From Bacteroidota bacterium (GTDB taxonomy: Bacteria; Bacteroidota; Bacteroidia; Bacteroidales; Lentimicrobiaceae), in contig JAEYSM010000028.1 in the NCBI GenBank assembly GCA_023434665.1, positions 25,142 through 89,141 on the forward strand: DNA of 64,000 bases, given 5' to 3'. Of this stretch, positions 58,038 through 64,000 are shown piece by piece; within the stretch, counting starts at the first letter, position 1; every line of letters begins with the position of its first letter. The translations under genes were made by a program, and so were the position numbers. The notes below the pieces were generated by a model that saw only the letters and a list, made by a program, of their open reading frames with translations, had not been told where the DNA came from and made no database searches.

Positions 58038-58550
58038 ATGGCAAAAATCGGGATTTTTTACGGTGGCACATCAAAAGGCAGCACTTATAAAACTGCCAAG
58101 ACCATCTGTGATCAATTTGGAGAAAGTAATGTATCTCTCCATAATGTTAATGAAGCTACAAAAGAAGATTTAGAAAAATATCATTATCTAATTTTAGGAA
58201 CCTCAGCCTGGGGAATTGGTGAGATGCACCAAGATTGGGAACGTTTCATTGACGTTCTCGCTGAAGCTGACCTAAAGAAAAAGAAAGTTGCATTATTTGG
58301 GTTGGGCGATCAGATTGAATACCCTGAAAGCTTTGTGGATGGCATGGGAACTGTTTTCTGTCGTCTTCCAATGAAAGAGAATGTAGTAGGTTTCTGGCCT
58401 ACGCAGGGTTATTCATTTTATTACTCATCTGCTGAAATGGATGGTAAGTTTGTGGGATTGGCAATTGATGAAGATAGCCAACCTGAACTTACTGAAGAAA
58501 GAATAACGAAATGGGTTGATTTACTTAAAAAAGAATTCCAGCTAAATTAA
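58038..58550 (+). CDS. fldA: Long-chain flavodoxin
   Basis: 170 aa. IGIFYG...G.T FMN-binding start and a WPT.GY loop. Confidence 0.92.
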   Translation: MAKIGIFYGGTSKGSTYKTAKTICDQFGESNVSLHNVNEATKEDLEKYHYLILGTSAWGIGEMHQDWERFIDVLAEADLKKKKVALFGLGDQIEYPESFVDGMGTVFCRLPMKENVVGFWPTQGYSFYYSSAEMDGKFVGLAIDEDSQPELTEERITKWVDLLKKEFQLN

Positions 58551-58573
58551 GCATACAGAAAACTTTCAAAAAT

Positions 58574-58605
58574 ACAATGGCCGGGCTAATATTGCCGGCC
58601 ATTGT
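58574..58605 (+). terminator. GC-rich hairpin after fldA
   Basis: Perfect 11-bp stem ACAATGGCCGG/CCGGCCATTGT with a 10-nt loop. The downstream T tract is weak. Confidence 0.5.
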
Positions 58606-58607
58606 TA

Positions 58608-58615
58608 TATCTTTG
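58608..58615 (+). promoter_or_regulatory. -7 box TATCTTTG for the M28 peptidase gene
   Basis: TAnnTTTG match 27 nt upstream of the ATG at 58643. Confidence 0.45.
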
Positions 58616-58642
58616 CTTTTGGCTTTTAATAAAGTGAACTTT

Positions 58643-60424
58643 ATGATAAAACTAATTCCCAGTCTGTTTTTAATAGTCTTATCTCTTAATATTCATGGAC
58701 AACATTTTGTAAAGGACTCATTTAAGACCCACATTCAATATTTGGCATCAGAGCAACTAAAAGGAAGAAAAGCAGGATCCTACGGTGACTCAATTGCAGC
58801 TGACTACATTAATAAGAGCTTTGGTGAAGAAATGCCAATTGATGGTATTGAGGTCAAAAATCAACATTTTTATCTTGTGACTGATGTTAAAGCGGGAGAA
58901 AACAACAAGCTTGAGTTTGGTAGTAAAAATTTAATTTATGGTAAAGATTTCCAGCCCTTTTCATTTTCTTCTTCATCTACTGCAAAAGGAGAGATTGTAT
59001 TCGCAGGCTTCGGCATCACCGGAAAAAGTGATAGTTTAACCTGGGATGACTATCAAGATTTAGATGTACAGAATAAATGGGTACTTATATTAAGAGGCGA
59101 CCCTGAACCTGACAATCCATCAAGCGCTTTTATTCCTCTCTCTTCTGACAGGGCTAAAGCTCTTACTGCCAAAGATAAAGGAGCCATTGGTGTCCTCCTT
59201 GTGTCACCTACCTCCATCAGCAAATCAGACGAGCTAATAGATCTCTCTTATGATAAATCAATCTCTGACGCCGGCATTCCGGTTCTCAGTATCACAAGGC
59301 AGACTGCAGCATTGATAACACAACTCAAAGGTCCTTCGATCGACTCGCTGGAGAAGAGAATGCTAGATTCAAAGGCTTCAGTGACTTTTCCTATAAATGA
59401 CGGCACCCTATCTGCTAAAACAGAAATTATTCGTGAAAAGAAGGTTTCGCGGAATGTGATTAAAAAAATCACTGGCACTGATACTGTATTAAAGGATGAA
59501 TATATTGTTATTGGAGCTCATTATGATCACCTGGGAGAGGGAGGACATGGATCTGGCTCAAGGATTCCTGATACCACAGCAACCCATCCAGGTGCAGATG
59601 ATAATGCTTCAGGAGTCTCATCACTTATCGAACTTTCTAACTTCTTCTCTAAACCCGAGAATAGGCAGCCGAGAAGTCTTTTATTCATTGCTTTTGGTGC
59701 TGAGGAAATGGGATTGGTTGGAGCCCGGTATTTTATCGATCATCCTTCGGTTCCTCTTTCATCAATAAAAGCCATGATTAATCTGGACATGATCGGACGA
59801 CTCAAAACTGATGAAATAGCTACTGTAAATATTAATGGAACCGGCACATTCAGGCAGGCTGATTCGATTCTTAATATTCATGAAAAAAACCAATCTTTTT
59901 CGATAAAAAGAATTATGGATGGTTACGGGCCTTCTGACCATGCAGCATTTTATACATCAGGAATTCCTGTCTTGTTTTTAACAACTGGTGCACATGGTGA
60001 TTATCATACACCAGAGGATAAAGAAGAATATATTAACTATGATGGACTCACAGAAATTACTAACTTAACGACCGATCTGATTAAATCGGTTGCAGCCATG
60101 CCAGTGGCTCCTTTTTATACGGAATCAGGTATTAAAAGAGAACCAGGGCGCTATGGAAGAAATTTAAAAGTAACTCTGGGCATAATGCCTGATGTTACCG
60201 GTGAAGAGACCTCGGGTGGAATGAAAGTAGAAGGAACAAGAAAAGATGCCCCTGCAGCCAGGGCCGGAATGGTGAAAGGTGATATTATAACAGCAATTAA
60301 TGGTCTAAAGGTTTCCAATGTGTACGATTATATGAGCAGATTGGGAAAACTAAAACCAGGTGAAACAGTTAATGTCGAAATTTTAAGGGCTGGTAAAAAG
60401 GAAATTTTAATCATTCAACTATAA
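58643..60424 (+). CDS. M28-family aminopeptidase with PA and C-terminal PDZ domains
   Basis: Start moved to MIKLIPSLF (the track start at 58577 lies inside the hairpin). M28 metal ligands (GAHYDH, ADDNASG, GAEEMGL, NLDM, SDH) and a PDZ-like tail. Confidence 0.85.
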   Translation: MIKLIPSLFLIVLSLNIHGQHFVKDSFKTHIQYLASEQLKGRKAGSYGDSIAADYINKSFGEEMPIDGIEVKNQHFYLVTDVKAGENNKLEFGSKNLIYGKDFQPFSFSSSSTAKGEIVFAGFGITGKSDSLTWDDYQDLDVQNKWVLILRGDPEPDNPSSAFIPLSSDRAKALTAKDKGAIGVLLVSPTSISKSDELIDLSYDKSISDAGIPVLSITRQTAALITQLKGPSIDSLEKRMLDSKASVTFPINDGTLSAKTEIIREKKVSRNVIKKITGTDTVLKDEYIVIGAHYDHLGEGGHGSGSRIPDTTATHPGADDNASGVSSLIELSNFFSKPENRQPRSLLFIAFGAEEMGLVGARYFIDHPSVPLSSIKAMINLDMIGRLKTDEIATVNINGTGTFRQADSILNIHEKNQSFSIKRIMDGYGPSDHAAFYTSGIPVLFLTTGAHGDYHTPEDKEEYINYDGLTEITNLTTDLIKSVAAMPVAPFYTESGIKREPGRYGRNLKVTLGIMPDVTGEETSGGMKVEGTRKDAPAARAGMVKGDIITAINGLKVSNVYDYMSRLGKLKPGETVNVEILRAGKKEILIIQL

Positions 60425-60445
60425 TTACGACATAGTATAACAATC

Positions 60446-60847
60446 ATGTTCAACTTCTTTTCCAACCCTATATTTTTAAAATTTATCAAGTTCGGGGTTG
60501 TTGGATTTTCGGGTGTTTTTGTAGATTTTGGGTTTACTTTTCTCTGCAAAGAGATACTTAAAATCCAGAAATACATAGCAAATGCAATTGGATTTACAAT
60601 TGCTGCCACAAGCAATTATATATTAAACAGAATATGGACTTTTGAAAGTCATAATCCGGAGATAGCATGGGAGTATTCAAAATTCCTTGGAATTTCCTTA
60701 ATCGGCCTCCTGATTAATACCCTTGTTATTTACATTCTCGTATCCAAAAGCAAAGTGAATTTCTATTTGGCAAAACTCATTGCTATTGTTATTGTGACAA
60801 TATGGAATTTTATAATTAACCTGAACTATACTTTTGCTGTTCTTTAG
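60446..60847 (+). CDS. GtrA-family membrane protein
   Basis: 133 aa, 4 TM segments. KF..VG..G...D and N...NR.W.F motifs. Confidence 0.85.
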   Translation: MFNFFSNPIFLKFIKFGVVGFSGVFVDFGFTFLCKEILKIQKYIANAIGFTIAATSNYILNRIWTFESHNPEIAWEYSKFLGISLIGLLINTLVIYILVSKSKVNFYLAKLIAIVIVTIWNFIINLNYTFAVL

Positions 60848-60877
60848 TCAATTTACCATTCTCTATTCATCCTCACT

Positions 60878-61750
60878 TTAGTGAGTTTTGGTCATTGACT
60901 CAGGAGTCACTATTATGAAATCAGCCTTCCCAACACGATCTTCATCCAAATCTTCAATCGATTCCTGTTCTCCTGAATGAATAGTAATTATTCTCAGACT
61001 TGGATCAGACCTCAATAGGTACCACATAATGCCTTGATAATCATCAGAATGATATGTTCCATGAAAATGGAGAAATAGATTCTCACCCTTCCTGAAATCT
61101 TTGAGAATAAAATAAGCCATGGTTGCATCCTTAATAGCCTGCGCCTTTGGGAGATTATCATTTCCATGTCCGCCGCCTCCCATCATTTCCAGCATAGATT
61201 TATATCCTGACAATTCACCATCAAATTCAATCGGTAAAGGAGCAATCAACTTTTTGGCTTCAGGTGATAGAGAATCGAGCGATTGAAGACCTTTGCGGTT
61301 CACAAGAGCTGCATATCTTCTGGGAATATTCGTTGCAACAAATGGAAGCTTCATTTCTCTGGCAAATTCTAATAATGGCTTATAGTCTGTTTTATAATTT
61401 GGCCAAAGTCGTGCTTCAGCTTCAAAATTCCGGTCATTTACATTCTGAGCAAGATATTCATTGATGATAAGTGAATTATCACTCTCAAACATTTCAGCAC
61501 CAAGCATCAATTTATTGCCCAATTCATTATAAAGATCTCTGGAGAGTTCTAACTGTAACCAGTGAATTATAGGATTATTATGCAACTCACCAAAGAGAAT
61601 AACATCAGCTTTCTTTGCATCTTCAAGCATCTTTTGAAAGCTTGTTTCTTTCCCTTTTGAGTTATAAATCTTATAAGCCGGCTTATCTTTTGTCATCGAC
61701 AATAGAAAAGCCATTCCAATAATAACCAGCAAAAACTTAAAAATTCTCAT
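60878..61750 (-). CDS. ChaN-family (Tiki/haem-binding-like, PF04187-like) secreted protein
   Basis: 290 aa. Signal peptide and FGELHNNPIIHW motif. Its start overlaps the cdd stop (TAATG). Confidence 0.65.
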   Translation of the reverse strand: MRIFKFLLVIIGMAFLLSMTKDKPAYKIYNSKGKETSFQKMLEDAKKADVILFGELHNNPIIHWLQLELSRDLYNELGNKLMLGAEMFESDNSLIINEYLAQNVNDRNFEAEARLWPNYKTDYKPLLEFAREMKLPFVATNIPRRYAALVNRKGLQSLDSLSPEAKKLIAPLPIEFDGELSGYKSMLEMMGGGGHGNDNLPKAQAIKDATMAYFILKDFRKGENLFLHFHGTYHSDDYQGIMWYLLRSDPSLRIITIHSGEQESIEDLDEDRVGKADFIIVTPESMTKTH

Positions 61751-62253
61751 TACTTTATATTTTTCTCAGGCAAATTATTTGAGCTGAATGTAAATGGCAG
61801 GAGTGAACTAATTCCTTTAACTTTAATTATCCTTCCAGTCTCAGAAGAAAAAAGGATTTCAATTTTACTGCCTTGCCTTAGTTCATATTCCGCTATTACC
61901 TGGCGACATGCTCCACAAGGAGCAACCATTAGATCGTTTGCTTTTCCCGAGTCAACCGTAATAGCAATACTTTTAATAACAACGCCTGGTTTTTGAGCAG
62001 ATGCAGTAAATAATGCTACCCTCTCAGCACAGAGTCCTGATGGATAAGCTGCATTTTCCTGATTATTACCTCCTATTATCACTCCATCGTTACATTTGAC
62101 TGCGGCACCTACTTTAAAATTTGAGTAAGGTGAATAAGCATTTTTGCATGCTTTTGACGCTTCAAGCATAAGCTGCTTATCTTCATTCGGAAGCGCATCA
62201 ATTGATTGATATTCGCAAAATTTTATTGAAATCTCCTTTTCTATCATGGTCAT
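61750..62253 (-). CDS. cdd: Cytidine deaminase
   Basis: 167 aa. CAERVA and PCGACRQ zinc motifs. Confidence 0.9.
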   Translation of the reverse strand: MTMIEKEISIKFCEYQSIDALPNEDKQLMLEASKACKNAYSPYSNFKVGAAVKCNDGVIIGGNNQENAAYPSGLCAERVALFTASAQKPGVVIKSIAITVDSGKANDLMVAPCGACRQVIAEYELRQGSKIEILFSSETGRIIKVKGISSLLPFTFSSNNLPEKNIK

Positions 62254-62284
62254 TTATTAACTCAATTGTAGCAAATATACTGCT

Positions 62285-63994
62285 TTAGTTTTTATTAGCG
62301 GCTTTATGCCTATATATGAAATTCACTCTGAACCGATCATCTGCATGGTTTTTAATTCCAAAAAGAAAAAGTGAACTAAAGAATGCAAAGAATGTAACCC
62401 CTGCCTGCGTCTCCAGCGTATCCTCAGTAATAAATGAAATAATCGTAATCAAAAAGAAAACAAGATATAACGAATTGAAAAACTTATTCGAAATAATCGG
62501 CGGATAAAAAAGTGCAAATAGAAATATAAATAACCCAACAATTCCAAATGCAATGGTAATTGCAAGAAATTGGTTATGTGAACGATGGCGGAATTCAGGT
62601 AACAAGTTGGAATCTGTTTCTATATAAGCTTTTTCAAAGGAAATTGCCAAATCACCCGTACCGTAACCCAACACAGGCTTTTTACCAATTAAGAATACCG
62701 AAGTCTTCCAGTATTCAAAACGTTGCATCATTGAGGATGCATTAGGATTATTATTCTTTTTATAAGATAAGTATCCCTGAATTGATTGCTCCACTCGGCC
62801 TCTGATATTTACCTTACCAATATAATTTGCATTAGCAATCCCATTTTCAATATAAGCAACATCCTGAGCGGATAGCTTGTAAACGCCCTCAGCGTCTTTT
62901 CTATATCCTTTTGAATGTAAATATCTTACAAGAGTATATTTTAATGATTGTCCTTTTTTATCTGCTCCATTGAAATCATATCTGCTCCGATTATTCCAGG
63001 CATCTCTCAATTCTCCGGGTGCAATGTATAGTCCTACATGTTTCCCTTTTTCAATGCCATAAGATATGGTATCATGTATATATATATTGCCATGAGAGGT
63101 CTTTTTATCCAAAGTCTCAAAATCAACTCTTTGAGCAGTTGAAACTTCCTTGTATATATCCCTGATATAATACCACCCACCAACAAATAATGCTGTTATA
63201 AGTACAATAGCCGGGACAGTAGTATATTTCTGTTTAAATAACCATATAAAGACAAGGGAAATTGTAACCAACCCAAGAATTACAATCCCGGTCATGGACT
63301 TAAGTATAAATAAAAAATATATTAACCATGCAGCTAGAAGTAATAAAGAGAAATTAACCCATGTCCTGTCATATATTTTCTTCCATACAATTATTAATAA
63401 TGCAAGAATTGCCAGGCATATCTGTAACGAAAATCTAATATGTGAAATGAAAACACTAAGTTCCCGGGGATCACCTATATCACGTGTTGCAAGGACATAC
63501 ATGCTTGCCAGTGAACCAGCAAAAACAGCAAGACAAAAGAAAATGATCAGTGAAACGAACCTTTTAGATGTAAGTGATTCACTAGTAGCAATAATTATTG
63601 GAAGACTGAGCAATGGAAGCTTAATTCTAAGATCTTTCAGACCATTTGCCATATCATCGGTATAAATGATTCCCACAATATGCAGAATATACAGCGATAG
63701 AAAAGCTAATAAGGCAGGGTTTCGGAAAAGCTTCCGAAATTTTCTGGTAATATTTTCAATTATCATCCCCATGAATTTCCTGAAGGTATTCCTGGTATCA
63801 GATTTCGGGAGATTAAAATCTGCACCTTCAATCAGCCATATACCAAAAAGAAGAAATTGAGCTGAACTCATGCCAAATTCAGAGAGAGGCATACTTACAG
63901 TTAGGAAAATCATTATATAGAACATCCAGGCAGAGATTCTTGCCTGGATATTCTTTTCTTGAATCATGGTGTAATTAATACCTGATTCTTTCAT
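62285..63994 (-). CDS. O-antigen ligase/polymerase (Wzy_C-like) family membrane protein
   Basis: 569 aa polytopic protein with a large loop and a GYGTGD..H.H.NQFL segment. The start is near the window edge and is uncertain. Confidence 0.6.
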   Translation of the reverse strand: MKESGINYTMIQEKNIQARISAWMFYIMIFLTVSMPLSEFGMSSAQFLLFGIWLIEGADFNLPKSDTRNTFRKFMGMIIENITRKFRKLFRNPALLAFLSLYILHIVGIIYTDDMANGLKDLRIKLPLLSLPIIIATSESLTSKRFVSLIIFFCLAVFAGSLASMYVLATRDIGDPRELSVFISHIRFSLQICLAILALLIIVWKKIYDRTWVNFSLLLLAAWLIYFLFILKSMTGIVILGLVTISLVFIWLFKQKYTTVPAIVLITALFVGGWYYIRDIYKEVSTAQRVDFETLDKKTSHGNIYIHDTISYGIEKGKHVGLYIAPGELRDAWNNRSRYDFNGADKKGQSLKYTLVRYLHSKGYRKDAEGVYKLSAQDVAYIENGIANANYIGKVNIRGRVEQSIQGYLSYKKNNNPNASSMMQRFEYWKTSVFLIGKKPVLGYGTGDLAISFEKAYIETDSNLLPEFRHRSHNQFLAITIAFGIVGLFIFLFALFYPPIISNKFFNSLYLVFFLITIISFITEDTLETQAGVTFFAFFSSLFLFGIKNHADDRFRVNFIYRHKAANKN

Positions 63995-64000
63995 TCTCTG

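Noticed and set aside
58577-58642. Track start of the M28 peptidase ORF (MAGLILPAIVISLL..).
   Set aside because: These codons are the two arms of the GC-rich hairpin after fldA and precede the -7 box at 58608. The ATG at 58643 gives a normal signal peptide.

Overview
AT-rich chromosomal segment that looks like Bacteroidota. Evidence: a SusD-like gene, a T9SS C-terminal sorting domain, many TAnnTTTG -7 promoter boxes, and almost no Shine-Dalgarno sequences. It is densely coded, with about 57 CDS, and most of it is core housekeeping: purA, relA/spoT, gap, lepA, yebC, pta/ackA, radA, panCD, cdd, fldA. These are interleaved with envelope genes (OstA-like, LptD-like, MlaD, an amidase with a SPOR domain, OmpA-like and beta-barrel proteins) and signalling genes. 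I found no rRNA, tRNA, CRISPR array, transposase, integrase or phage gene, and no gap longer than about 270 nt. Two small genes missing from the ORF track were read by hand: a CcmD-like gene (3617..3775) and an lmo0937-family gene (48613..48765). I cannot point to a clear novel system. There are three system-like candidates. (1) An ECF sigma, a membrane partner and a GIN/beta-barrel fusion protein (17.9-21.2 kb), tied together by a duplicated ECF-type promoter visible in the sequence and sitting next to a cytoplasmic HK/REC-PAS-LuxR pair. (2) A Ku-LigD NHEJ operon with a sensor-less histidine kinase tightly linked to ligD (ATG 6 nt after the ligD stop), embedded in a minus-strand run of envelope-stress-like genes (43.2-51.8 kb). 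(3) A ccmBCDE block whose CcmE carries CxxxY in place of the haem-binding His. Several strong palindromes in intergenic regions are reported as candidate operators. All functional calls come from motif recognition by eye. No searches were run.
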